A model generated the notes under the pieces. It did no database searches, was not told where the DNA came from, and saw nothing but the letters and a program-made list of their open reading frames with translations. Positions 1 to 14,100 of a stretch of 64,000 nucleotides of DNA are shown here, one piece after another; position 1 is the stretch's first letter, and the number at the start of each line of letters is the position of its first letter. Source of the DNA: Auanema rhodensis (taxonomy: Eukaryota; Animalia; Nematoda); contig OZ059898.1 of assembly GCA_964057225.1 (NCBI GenBank), positions 5,704,001-5,768,000 on the forward strand. Direction: 5' to 3'. The translations under genes and the position numbers were made by a program.

Positions 1-2094
1 TTTCAATTTCTAAACATCCTTTTCATATATGATGCTATTTCTTCTTTTTTTTTATTTTCTTATTTTTTCTATGAAATATCAATTTGAAAAGAAATCAATA
101 TATTGTATAATACATGCATATATGTATGTTTCTTCTATATTCATCTACATATCTGTATAGTTTCTTAGAAGAAGAAAAAGTTTTTTTCTCAATCCTGAAC
201 ATTCATCGAACATCAATGAATTCAGAAGGCATTGACTGCACGAACAGTTTCTTCATCATAGGCAACCGACGATTATTATAAGAGATCTTGTTGTCTTGTT
301 TGTCTATAGACTTATGCAGAATTCTGAAAAACAAACAAATATCTGTCATTCAGGAATTTTAGAATACCTTTAACGACTCTTTGATTTAATTTTCGGACAA
401 CAGAAAAAACATTTTTCTTTTTTTTTCTTCAAATTAAAAAGAAAAAAGTATTTTCTTCAAATGATAATTATTAAACTGAAACAATTTCATCAATCGTTAC
501 AGTAAAACAAGAAGATAAACTTGAATTATGCTAGGAAAGTTCAAAAAAATATTCATGCATTTCTATACTGAATATCTTTCCTTTTTTTGCAAAAAAAAAC
601 GTAATTAGGTGTTTTAAACATATTTATTTTCTTAAATATTGACGATCTTTGATTGACTTGTTGAATAGATTATTTGTTTAAAGGATATTCAGTTGTTCTG
701 GCTAGTCTTTTCATACATGTAATTTTGAAATTAGCATGGAACATGTCACTGTTCTTAATATTTTGAAACATTTGTAATTTAAGTTATATCTCAAACTATT
801 AAAAGATTTTTAATGAAATTTATTAAGATTTCTTTTTATGCTGCATGTATATGATTTGGGAATCATGCCAATGATTCTGTTAGTAAATTGAAATTAGCGG
901 ATATCGTTCGATTTCAATCACCTTTAAGTTTTTTTTCCAAATAAATATATCGGTCATATCGTTGTATATGTCGCATAGATTATCATAAATGTTTGCTATT
1001 GAAAGCAAAAACGAAATGGAAAATATCTTAAACTTGTTTTCACAATGCTTTCACATTTACCTTTTCATTTAACCGCTCATTTCCCTCTTTCATCTCACTT
1101 TTCCAGTTATCTTACTTCTCTTTTTGAACTTCTTTTTCTATCTTTGCCGGTGGCCTTATAATAAGATTAGAAAACATAAAAAGAAAAAAAATTAAACTCT
1201 ATATCCATATTTATATCTTTATAACTATATGTGTATAGTTTAAATTATATTTCAAATATAAATAAGAATTTTTAAATTTATTTATATAATCTTAAAAACC
1301 AATCTTTATCTGCATGTTCAACAATCTTCTTGGCATGGCTTAACAGCAATGTTTACATGACGGTTATCAGGTCATGCTCACAACTTCTTCGAATAATTTT
1401 TGGCTTTCCGTTCGTTTTCTTGTACTATTCAGAACTTTCTCTTCTATCAATTTGCTTCTTCAAGCTACTACACATACACTTCGTCATTCACCTTTCATCT
1501 TGTCATCAGCTCATTCTATCATCTTGATTCTTCCAAGTGAAACAAAATGATGACCATTGACCAATAAGCTTCTAAGAACATGAAAAGCATGGGTAATCAG
1601 TAAACTAGACTGTCACACATTTACTGTGACACATCCCTATTCTTCTCAATTCATTCCTTTATTAGTTCTAAGAAAAAAAGAAAGAATTTTATTAATTGTT
1701 ATTAATCTTCAATACCATATTCAACCTTTTGTATACGTAAATACCACTTTCTAAGTACTTTTGTCATGTTATACACACTATGCCCCCATGCTGCTTTACC
1801 AATAAGATTTCATACTATTGAAGAACAGATTCAATGTGATTTGCAATGATGATCGTTGTTCGTAGTCGTTCTACTACCGACTATGAGAAGAGGACACACC
1901 CACATCTGAAATTCCGCTCTGACCGCACAACGACCCATCATCAACATCTTCTCCATCTCTTTCGTTGACGATATTCTATCCATCGACAGACCCCCACACC
2001 CTAATGATTGTTGATGTTTCAAATAGGTAAAGGCAATGGCACAAATATGGGAGGATAGATGGATAGGTTAGAAAATCATACAACAGGAAAGATA

Positions 2095-2145
2095 AAGAGA
2101 GAGAAAGAGAGAGAGAGAGAGAAAGAGAGAAAGAGGGGGGAGAGA
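2095..2145. repeat. Imperfect (GA)n tract
   Basis: Read directly; a similar tract lies at ~3085-3175. Confidence 0.8.
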
Positions 2146-3576
2146 TATGAAAGAGAATATGAGATTGATATTGAACTTGTAGTAAAAATAAATGGCTTGT
2201 AAGTTGTCCAAGTAGTACAAGGAATTTGTGTACATGTACTTCATATGTTTCACATATTCTATGATAGACGTTAACTTGGAACTCACTCTTATACTCTCTA
2301 TCATATCTCTTCATGTTTCATTCTATTTTTCTTCATTTTTTTCTTATTTCAAATACAATAACGTGTCATGTCATTGGTTTCAATACTTTTCATTCTTTTG
2401 GTCATTTGTATACAATGGACGTGTCTTCTGTATGTATGTATCCTCGTCGTCGTCGTTGTCGTATCACTGACCACACACACATAAGCATACATACCACCTC
2501 TTCTATCTTTTTGCTGTAAACCTGTCTAATATCGTGAAGGCCTTTCTAAGACCATTTGGCAGATACCTCTCTTTTTCGATCTGAGTCATATAGTTTCATA
2601 GCTCCACCTACTTCCTAATTTCTAAAAAAAAATTCGATCAGAGGTCTAGCAAACTTTATACCGATTCTTGCATAGGATCGTAATGTTCTACTTTTTTTTT
2701 GATTTTCCTTTGTTTAATGTTTTATTTATGTTCTTAATTAACCTAATTAATATTATCATTTTTAATTTTTTTTTCTAAAAAGTCGAAAATTTTATTTTGT
2801 AGTTATATCTCATTCATTTAGTATATTCATTTAAATGTAAATGTATTACTTATATAAATTACTATACTATCTTCTGAAAAACATTTATCTTATATCAAAG
2901 ACTATCATTAAGAATATTACTGCCACCTTGATGGTATTCATCTTGTGGTCACGTAACCTTGTCTAAGAGGTTTACACTTCTGTAATCGTTGTGGCTTGCA
3001 TCTATGTAGACAAATAAATGCCTATGCTAAACGAAATCAGACAACAAGACAAGGCTCATATAGCGAGAGAAGCAAGGATTGATAGAGAGATAGAGAGATA
3101 TAGAAAATAGTATGTGTTTCAGAAAAAGAGAGAGAAAGTGAGAGAGAGTGAGTGAGAGAGAAAGAGAGAGAGAGGAAAAGCTTCCGTAAAGATACATTTG
3201 CGAATCAGAGCTAATTGTTCGTGCTTAAGAAAAACGTAATTCAGGTTAACTTCTATATTTTTTTTGTGTTTTTGTCTTCTTTTAACAAATCTGTTAATTT
3301 AAACCAAACTATAATGTTTTTTTAATTATAATCCCTTATTATTAAATGTTTTATATAATATTATCATATATTAATTTTAAAAAGTTCTTATAGTTTATCT
3401 AATAATCTCAACAATGCATCATTATTCTGATGTTGTAATCATGCATGATAGTATGAGCTTTTGTATATTGTTTCATTTCTTTTCTGCCATCTTCTTTTCA
3501 TATACTGTCAGTATACTTCGATTACGTGTCAAGTATTTGATGACAGTTCTTCTTCTTTTCCTCTCCACATCTGATA

Positions 3577-3581
<5 letters not shown>

Positions 3582-3607
<26 letters not shown>
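3582..3607. repeat. (GT)n microsatellite
   Basis: Read directly. Confidence 0.92.
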
Positions 3608-5729
3608 AGATGGCTGTGTATCTTCTGGACGCCCCCGCTTGAAACCGTCATCATATCGGTTCTTCCAATATTGAACTCATTTTCCTCTGTCATTTAGTAT
3701 CACGATTTTCAGTATATTTAAGAAAACTCTATTATTCATATAACTATTTTTATATTTTTTATCTTTAATCATCTTATATGAATCTAATCATAAGAGACAT
3801 CTGTTTACTATCTTAATCGAGCTTATGGGATGAAAAGAACAAGAAGTAGCTGTCGTCCTCGTTGTGGAAGCCGCTGTTGTCCGGCTTGTGATCGTCATTG
3901 AGGCCGACAACGTTAAAGCTTTTGCGTTGGCTTCACTGTCATTATCATCGTTATGAAGATTATCAATTATTCTTATAAAGATAATAAGAAGACATAGCCG
4001 TACTTGCATCAGCAGCAACAGCAGCAGCAGCCGCATTGTCGTGATAAGCGAAAAAACCGGTCTGTCCGCCTTGTTTCTACCTCTTGTTATACAAATATTT
4101 GATCTTGTATGCATTCTTACCCAGAAGGAGGAGACGCATGCCGCAAAGGACTTTCTTTCCACCCCTTAGGCTCTCGCCCTCTCTATACTTATCACCCCTC
4201 TCTTTCTTTTTCCCTCTGAAAATCTCTCTTATTTATTGTATAACGCTTCATCAATTCGCTTTTCTCTTTTTCATAATTCCAGCTCTATAATATTTCTCTC
4301 ATTGCCCGAACAGTTCTCTTTCAACTCTTCATTCATTTTTCCGTATTCTCTCACTATCCCAATGTTGCTCCTGCATGAAACGTTAGAACAGCTTGTGTTC
4401 AAGACTAGAAGAAAGTGAGCAAAAGCCAAGTTCTCATTGAGAGATGACCAACTCAAAAGCTATTGCATGAATAGAGAGATGAAACTAAATAGGATGATGA
4501 AGAATATAATCAGAGAGATTTAAACATAAAACTGAAGAAGGAAAGGTTGAAAATCTTATTGCAAAGCATAGAAATCAAAGAACATGGTCGTAAAACATAC
4601 AAAAGAATATACTTCAGGAACTTCTTCTGATTATCAAGATGCAACATCAAAGCATTCTAAGCATATACTTGATCCATTCAATATGTAATCAGACTTAGCA
4701 TCCTTCATCTTCCTATCATTCCCTTACTACTTCTATGCGTCGTTCAATTTTCTATTCTCACTCTCTTTATCTTTCTTTCAACCTTCTCTTCCATCTTTCT
4801 CTCTTTCTCTTATTCATTTCCTTCGTTCCATATGGTTATGGCTATAAAACTTCTTAGCCAAACCAAGTGTATGACACCTTTTGGATGTTGTTAGTGTCTA
4901 ATGCCCTTGTACATCTATTGAAATATGAATGTTCCTCTAACTCTATACTAAATATTCTTTCAAAACTATATGTTTTCTTCTATTACTTTTTAATCAAATA
5001 ATTCAAATTTGTTAATCTTCTAAATAAGAAAACAATTGTATACATATACAGTTATTTTTGTGAAATTTCCCCAAAAATCTTTTATAATTGTACTCTACTT
5101 TAGATATAATTTAATAAACCATTAATTTTTTACTATGCAAGTTATGCAAAAAATAGTATAAAATGAATAAAATTAGTAATTTTGATCTTATCTTATAGTA
5201 TGATGACCTCTGCTGACACTATTTATGTTTTAATTTTATTTTATTAAAGCAAATTTTTAACTCAAAAATGATTTGAGTTTTAAGCTTTTTATTTCATATC
5301 TTTCAAGTTTTAAATTGATAATTTTTATAATATTAATGTTTATTAATGCATATTGCAAGTTCCTGTGACTGACTAATGGTCTTATCTTTGTGAGCTGTAT
5401 ATGTAAGTATCTATAAATGCCTTTCTTTTTCTCTGACTTTTATATTATATTTTTTCAAATTTTCTATGTTTTCTGGAATATTTTAAATTAAATAAACAAC
5501 GTAATTAAAAGTATAAATATAGTTTAAAGCTGCAACATTTGAATGATTAAGTTTGCAAATGAAATGAAATCGGTGATTTAGTCATGAACCATTTGTGCTA
5601 TAAACTATAATAGAAATGATAAAAACATTCAGGTATTGATACTGATTATTTTTCTTTTTCTCTCATTATCTCTATGAATATACGTATATCTTTTTCTTTT
5701 TTTCATCATTTTCTTCATTTCAATTGTTA

Positions 5730-5732
<3 letters not shown>

Positions 5733-5827
<95 letters not shown>

Positions 5828-5839
5828 TTCTTTCTCTCT
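5733..5839. repeat. (CT)n/(GA)n microsatellite, ~105 bp
   Basis: Near-perfect CT dinucleotide run read directly. Confidence 0.97.
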
Positions 5840-8800
5840 GTACCTAATTCATTTTTCTCTCTATATCTTCAATTTCTTCAATTTTTTCGATATTATAAGT
5901 AGTTCTCATGTATTTTCAAAACGTCAGCATTATCTTTATATGCTCTTCGCATTGAAAAGAAAAGTATTCTATTCGTGAACTTGAAGAATTTACTTTAACT
6001 ATAACACTTATAATACATTAAATGGAGTTTTCATTAAGATATTGATCATTAAAAAGAAACAATGATAATTTACTTAAATATAATCTTTATTTAACAAACG
6101 AGTTGTGTCCTTGGCATCGTTATCGATTCTTACTCTCACGTACACACAAGCAATTGCTTGCCGATCAAATCTCAAGACGTCCAGACCGGAAAGTCTGAGA
6201 ATTTTGTAGTTTTTGCAACTTTCGATGAGCACATAATCTCTTGGCAAAACTTGTCTACCGAAATATTATAGAAAGGCATGATAGATTAGAAGATTTATTA
6301 TTATAATTATTAGAAAATATACATATTAATTATTTTTATTATTCTATTCATATATATATATTTTTTTGGTAAATAGGAATGAAACTCATATTTATTTATT
6401 TGTTTTCTTTCTATGTTTCTAAGTAGTTTTCATTTTCTTTTATAACTACTTCATTTTAGTAGATATATGTACAATACATACATACATATATTAAGAAAAA
6501 AAGAAAAATATATATTATATATTATATAATATTTTATTATAAATTAAATGAATTATTATTAAATATATTTTTATATTTTTCAACAAAAATCTTTAAATTA
6601 TCTTTTAACTTTTGACATTAACATCAATATATTTTGATTATAATATTATAATAATATTTTGTTATAATTAATTAATTAATTAATATATTCGCACTTATTT
6701 TATAGTGATTAAGTTGTATAGATGTATGTAAATATATCAAATGTTTATACAAATATTATATATTAACAATATTCTTATCTTTATTACTTAACAATACTCA
6801 TATCCTTTTATGGAATATTTGGTGAAAATTTATAGTTTTCAAATGCTTTCAATTCGTAATCTGACCTTCATGATTTGCAATTTGTTAATGTTCCTTTGGG
6901 AAATCTAAACTGTTGTTCGATTCATGTTTGCTTCTGAAGTTGACAAAAATTCTTTTTTTTTTCAAATTGAGATTAAAACGTCTATCAGTTCGATTTCGAA
7001 CAAACTCATATCAGTGTTTATTTGTTTTCTTTTTATAGTTTTCTTGATTTAACTTTTTCTATCATTATGACCTTCTTAATTATTTTCTTTCCTTGTTCAC
7101 TAAAATTCAATATATTTATATCTATTTTAAATTTTTTTTTATTTATCATATACTCACAGATAGTTTAGATATAGTTAAAATTTAAAAAATAATTCTTTTG
7201 AATGAATTAGTATTACTAATAATACAAAATAGATATACCAATCAATCGCACCCTCACAAGTCAAGTTTTTTCTATGTTTGTGACTTATAATTGATGATAT
7301 AAAAGAATTTCGGTATAACTATAAGGGTTGAAGGAATTATTGATAACATAAAGAGGTAGTAGGAGACAAGAAGAGAAAAGACTAATGAAGAGATTAGGTT
7401 TGTTTCTCGGAACTCTCACTACTACTAGTTACTATTAAGATCTAAAAGGAAAAAGATATGATGATCATCTAATGATGAAGACGTCATTAAGTAATTTCAG
7501 GACATTGGTTAACTATAAGACATGTATATCTTTTCTCTCTCTCTTTCTCTCCTTTTTCTTTTCTTTCTCTTTCTTTCTTTTTATGTTTCTTTATCCTTCC
7601 CTCGCATTCATTATGACTCATTCGCCATTCCGAGGTTAGCTCTGTGGATCAAGACTTTAGATAGTGATTCTGAGGGGAGGGCGGATATGATGAGTCTGTA
7701 TTTTTCTGCCTGGCTGGTTAGAATCTGTTTAACCCTGTACCTTGAGTCAACGTCTTAGATAGTGATCGGCCTTCAGATGCCTGACCGCACCCGCAATCAC
7801 TTATTACGATTTCTAACCAGGTATCTGTTGAACTGATAGAAGACTAACTGACTACTTAGTATACAAACTCATTAACAACATTGCTGAACTTGTCGATTTT
7901 TTTCTTTGTTGTTCATTTTCATTCGTTTTTCTGAATTATCTATTGACTTTGATTGCTTCGTTCTCACTCTGTGTCTATAATTCTTCTTTTCTCAGCTTTT
8001 TTTTTGAATTTTAACGTTTTGTTTAATATATTTCACGATATTTACATCAAATATTATTTTTACTTTTTATAATTTTTATTCTTTTCGTTTAATTTTTTTT
8101 ATTTAAAAGCATAAAGTATCAAACCATTAAATTATCTTTCTTGTACCTAAGAATTTGTTTCACAAAATTCTTCTTCTTCTTCTTCTTATTCACCTTCTTC
8201 TTCTTTACAAGATGAATGCCGTTTTACGTCAACGTCGGCACGTATTAAAACTGTTTGGGAGTAAGATTGACCACGCCCTTGCATCGTCGCTCTAAACAGC
8301 ATCATCTTCATCATCTTTTCGTAGAAGTTATTGATATTTAAGTTTCTTAGTGTCTGTTTATATCTATCAAAAAATATTTTTTAAATCATTTATTTCTATT
8401 AAATACCATTTGTATATATGATGTCTTCAAATATTTGGGGCATATTTAGCATTTTTCAATCTTGATTTATCACTTATTCCATTTCAATAGAGTATCTCCT
8501 TAATTAGTCTTAAATGCCTTCATGTTGATTAGAATCTGTCATTTCCATTACAGATTTTTGAATGATATATTTTATGAAGAAGTATCATTTTATCGGCCGG
8601 ATCGGTAAAAGCGTTCTCACTTTCCTTCAGCTTTTTCTTCACCTCCGTTCAATCACTTGCTTATATTTAAAGTCTCTTTATCTTTCTATTCCATTCTGTT
8701 TCTCTCTTTCTTCCCAGTGTTTCGATCATTTTCTCTCAATTTCACACACATGGAGGTTCTAGGTGCTTATGTGTCAAGGGCCTATGATCATTCTGGTCTA

Positions 8801-11165
8801 CAATCAGCTGGCTTTTGGCCAACTTTGAAAATTATTCAGATTCTTCTTGAATACCAATCAATTAATGTTATCATCATTTGAATTTTCTCTCATATTTTCT
8901 AATTCTCTCTGAACCTTAGCTATTCTCTCGCTCATTCTCTATCCCATTTTTCTTTCTCTTACTATCCATCTTTCTCACACGTAAATCCACACACACCACA
9001 CGCGAAGACCACTATGATCATCAGAATCAAACCCACAACGTCGAACCGTTTTCCGACGACAACGTCGTCTCTTGATAATCTATGGTTCTATTTTGGGTCA
9101 TCCATCATCTTCATAGTTCTCTTATTTCGTTCTCGCTCTGTAAATTGCTTTCGCAATCTTTGCTTCTCTTAACATCGGAACATGTGTGAGAAGTTGTAGT
9201 ATAGGTGAGATGCGGAGTTCTTCTGTTAACTCGAATACAGTCGCTCATGATGTACTGTTTGGTCGACTTTGTACTTCATTGGTCAGTATGGCTTTTTCTC
9301 CCGACTCTTGATCACATTTCTACCTCTGCTGTTCTTTCTCTAACCACGCTCTTGTCGTATAAGGATTTTTATTGATCTTTCTATGTCCTTTTCTTTGATA
9401 ACCTCTCTTCTCTCTCACAATTTCTACGACCTTCTACTCGCCCACACAAGCAGGCTTGCAAGTCGCTGTGTTTGTCTCCTGGCTGTTCTGTGCTGTATTC
9501 GGGTCGCAGATTTGTTTGATAACTCTAACACCCGAAACTATTCTACAATCCATGCTTTCTGAGCAACTTCAGCTTCTTTTTCTGTTTCATTAATCATTTG
9601 CCACTATCTTCTAGCGCTTCTTCTCTTTATGTTACTTCTTCTTCACTCTCCGACGTTATTCTCTTTGTTTAGTACTCGCGTTATCCAACAAATACACTCG
9701 TACGTTGTCTGTCTGTGGACAACGGCAGTCAGAGTGCTTATGCACCATCTGATTTACTCACGTATTGGCTTTTTCATGTAAAGTTTGTATAGTCAATACT
9801 TCTTTTGATGAATAGTAAAGTTATGATCTAATTGATTATTTAGAAATCATATATTTCCAATCAGATTGCATCCACAAACAATCATTAAGGTCGTCATATC
9901 TTATACGAACTAACTCTCACTTCTATTTCATTTTCTCTCTTTTATTCACATCATCTCATAACTCCTTATTCTATTTCTATCTCTTTTCCTTTTTTTTCAT
10001 GAGATACGAGCGGAAATAGATAGTTTAACAGACTCTTAATCAAGTTGCTTTCTCTAATAACTGTCAGTTTTCTTCTTTTTATTCTACAAACTGCTTCTGT
10101 AAACCACGCGAGTATAGTAAAAGGGTCGAAATTAACGTGGTAAATAACCTTATTTCCTTTCTATCAACTTGCAAATGTTGTCTATTTTTCTTTTTTTGAT
10201 ATTAAATTGGAAAGTTTCCTCATTTTAATCAGAATCCTTCTTAAACTGACATAATGTTCTTCAATGTGATTCTTAATGGAGGGGAAAAGAGACGAGGTAT
10301 ACAAGATAGTAGTATGTGATAGCGAAAGAAGACCTTCTGGCTATGACATTGTCCTCAAGTAGAGGGCAATGTTCTTTCTTTTCAATTTGATTTCTTCAAT
10401 CACTTTCTATTGCTTTATCTATCTTTACCAGAAATGATATTCACGTGTGAATCGACACATCAGTGAAAGTTGTATTTATGACCAAAATAGTTTTTTGTTT
10501 TCAGTTATATACTATATATCCTTTACTTTAAACCTTTAATATTACATAGATATTATTTCAGAAACTTTTTATTCTAATTTACTATAAGTTCTTTTATTAT
10601 TTGATTAAATAATAATATGTAACTATGAAAAAGTTGAAAATATTTCTGTATTTTTATGTGATTATTTCGCCAATTACTATTTCATCATATTAAAAAATAA
10701 ATAAAAAATAATATATAAATCTACATATAGTATAATACATAATTTTATTTAATTATTTGTTAATAATATTGCTACAATTTATGTTTCTGACAAACTGTTT
10801 CCGATTCTTTGAACGGCTAATGTCGTCGGATTAGTCGACATTTCTTCAAGTAATCAAGTCACGGTCAGCTAGTATTTCATTCTATTTTATATTGTTCATA
10901 CTAGTAATAGTAGTTTATATAATATCTTCTCTTCATTTCACATAATCTTTTGACGAATTTTTTTCTCTTTACTATGTCTTATTCCTTTTTGATTCTTGCG
11001 GTCTTCACATACCTTGTAACTCATTCAAAAACGCTTCAACGACGTTTAACAGTGTTCCTTGGAATTTTAATTTTATTTTCTCATTCACATTTTATTCGCA
11101 TTTCGTATTGTAGAAAGATCTTGTATTTCTTATTATATTCCATTTTAGTATATATTTTATTTTAT

Positions 11166-11175
11166 TTTTTTATAG
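11166..11175 (+). promoter_or_regulatory. Putative SL trans-splice acceptor (outron end) immediately before the myotactin ATG
   Basis: T-rich tract ending TTTTTATAG at 11175, one base before ATG 11177. I found no upstream coding exon. Confidence 0.6.
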
Positions 11176-11176
11176 A

Positions 11177-14100
11177 ATGGGTCAGACCTCGAGGGGTACA
11201 GGGCTCCTCCTGTGGTTTGTAGCCTCATTGGCACTTGCAGGTATGTTATATAAGATATATTCAAATAATTTTCAATAAAATTAATTTATTTTCTTCATTT
11301 CTATTACGACTTGTTTGATAAATTCTTTTCTTTATCATCTATTCTCCTTCTTCTGTAATGTTTGGCCGAGGTTTAAACAGTGCCTGAGTGGCACTCTTCA
11401 ACAAGCAAGCCATCACGAATCTGACTCTTTTTCCTTCTATTTCCTCAATCGCCACCTCCGCAGATAAATAATTTGTGAAAAATACTGAATATTTGGAATA
11501 AATGCATTAAAAGAGTAAAAGCAGTGATAAACTCTTTAATTGCTTAAAGTAACAATAGCATAAAATTAATTTTTTTTTAATAAAAAAGGAAATAAAAAAT
11601 TATTTTTTTCATAGAGAATTCCTTATATATCAGCTTGATTTTCGATCACTTAATTTTGTGATTATCATTTCTATCATAAAAGAATGAGATCGGCAACTCA
11701 AAAACTATACGAATATCATGATGAATATCATCTTTTATACCAAAAGTTTTGCTTTTGACATTATAAAAACGATTAAAATCTTTTCAATAAATTCATTTGG
11801 CTACTTATCTTGAGACTCAATATCTCGAATGAAAAAAAAACATTCTGTAAGGACATTTTGTTTCAAAAGCTAGGCAACGCCAATGACAGTTTTTTTCCTG
11901 AATATACCAAGGGTAATTGAGAAAAAAATTCCGACAAAACAGAAGACACAATTAGGCCTACATGCTTGTGTTATCGCTTGATCTGTTTGTGTTTTTTTAT
12001 AAAGCTTTCTTGTTCAAATTAGGTAAACTAAATAGAAATGTTTCATGCGATAAGTACTGCTGATACTTATATTTCGCAACAAACGGCTGATCCGATTGAA
12101 AGATAAATAAATCTTTAGCTAGAATTATAATTAAAAAAATGCATGACTGCCTAGCTGACTGAATGAAATAGCTTTTGATATTAACAAGTCAGAATGACGT
12201 TTGTTCCTATCGGAAGACTGTTTGACCTTTTTTTCTAAAATACTTCTCTAGCTGGTTCATCCCATATGCACATGCTGTGTCGTGGAATTCTTTTTCATTT
12301 CTTTTAAAGTTCTGAACAACACCCTCTATACAGTTATCCATACGTTTTCGTCCTTTTCCTTCTCATTCAATTCCTCTTTAAACATCGTCAATCTCTATAG
12401 GCGATGCTAAACGATAGGAGAAACAAAAAAAGGAAAAGAGAACTTGGTTAAGACAAAAACTGTTTTGCGGACGGGTCGTTCACCTATCAACCTCTTCTGT
12501 CTTCATCATTATCAGTTTAGTTTATTTCCATAAATGGATTCTTTATTCACGACTGTTTAATGGGATATATGAATGAAGTCAGAAAGTGAAATTTTTCTTT
12601 TTAATTCGAATTGATCCATTTTCCAAAGTCAAAGTCATTATTCAGCAAATTATTGTATATAATATTTAAAAAGAATTTGAAAAAAAAATTGCTAAGGCTC
12701 AATAAGATCAATGCTCATTTAATGATTTACAGGAGCTTTAAGAGCAAAACGTGAAACCCGTGGAACGGAGAGCTTATTAACAGTAGAATGGGAAGGAATA
12801 CAAACTGGTATAGAATATTTGAAAAGACTTATTATAATGAATATATTTATAAAGGAGATCATCCCGATTCGGATGTCAAAGGTTTTCTCGTAGAATATAG
12901 AGCTGAAAAGGAAAAACATTGGATGGTTCATTCAAGCATTATTCCCTACAAAGGTCCCAATCATCAATATCGAGTTCAGGTAGATGAGCTTATAGGATGG
13001 CAAACACTCGTAAACTTCAGATTCCTAAGTTGCCTACTGGGATGGCTTATTTCGTGAGAATCAAAGTTCTTGGCGAAAATAACGATGTCTTAGTCGAAAC
13101 TCCAGAAATTCGAGCCCGTAATGAAATCGTCAGCATAAAATGCGAAAATGGTATCAGCATTCATTAGGAGTTCATCATATAATTATAATTTTTAAGACGA
13201 GCTTTCCGCTCCACGTAATTTGGAAGTAACTCACGCTGGACAGTATTCACTGGCTATTAAGTGGGATGCTCCAGAATGCGGCTCAATCGGAGAATATCAA
13301 GTTGAATTGACAGGATTAACTGCTCCATTTGATGTTCATAGACAAATGGTCACACAACCCCATCTCTCAGCAACAAATCTTTTGCCTGGTACTATTTATA
13401 GTGTTAGGTTAGTTTAATTTTATAATTTTTTATAATAAAATTAAGTATATTCAATATTTGATGTTTCAGAATTCGTGCCAATGACCGTTCTAGACGTACA
13501 GGACCATGGAGCAGCCAGGTCTTAGAAGCAAAAACAAAGGGAGAACGTAAGCAAATACTTTGTTTGGTCCAAAAAAAACATTTTGTGAAATAATACCTTA
13601 CTATGAAAGGAATGTATAGTTGTAATACGTGAACTTTGACGTGAATTGACGTGAAAGGTCACGTATGGCAAGACGGAAAGAAGCGCACTGTTTTACTCAG
13701 GGGAAATTATCATGAATCTGTTCATTTTCAGCTCTTCCATTATCGCCACATGCCCATGTTCTCTATAGAACCGATTCCGAACTTCGCGTTGGATGGCAAC
13801 CAGTAGATGGAGAACTTATTCAACATTACGAGGTTGTTGCCGTAGAAGAAGGAAAGGACTCACGAGGAGTCGAAAGAGCTCGTGTTGCTCCAATTCATAA
13901 CAGCTATGCTCTCAGTGGACTTAGACCAAATACTAAATATCTCATTGGAGTTATTGCTTTTATTGATCACGAGCCCAGACGTGTTTATCGTTTGGAAACA
14001 TCAACTGTAGCTCAAACACCAGAAAAATGGGAAGAAAAGCCAGAAGTTCTGAGTCACCCAGGAAACAATCATGCCATTCACTGGACATTACCAACCACTG

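Noticed and set aside
1846-1909. ATGATGA...CTGA, a C/D snoRNA-like box pair
   Set aside because: No convincing terminal stem or recognisable rRNA/snRNA guide; these short boxes are common by chance.
3788-4162. 124-aa minus-strand ORF
   Set aside because: Built from CAG and low-complexity runs, non-ATG start, no splice context or domain; better explained as a regulatory island.
5724-5978. LSLSLS and ERERER ORFs here and at 1976-2314, 28120-28662, 35674-36623
   Set aside because: Translations of CT/GA microsatellites.
10346-10372. 11-bp hairpin followed by a T-rich run
   Set aside because: Looks like a bacterial terminator, but the context is eukaryotic; too short for a pre-miRNA and no Helitron CTRR end.
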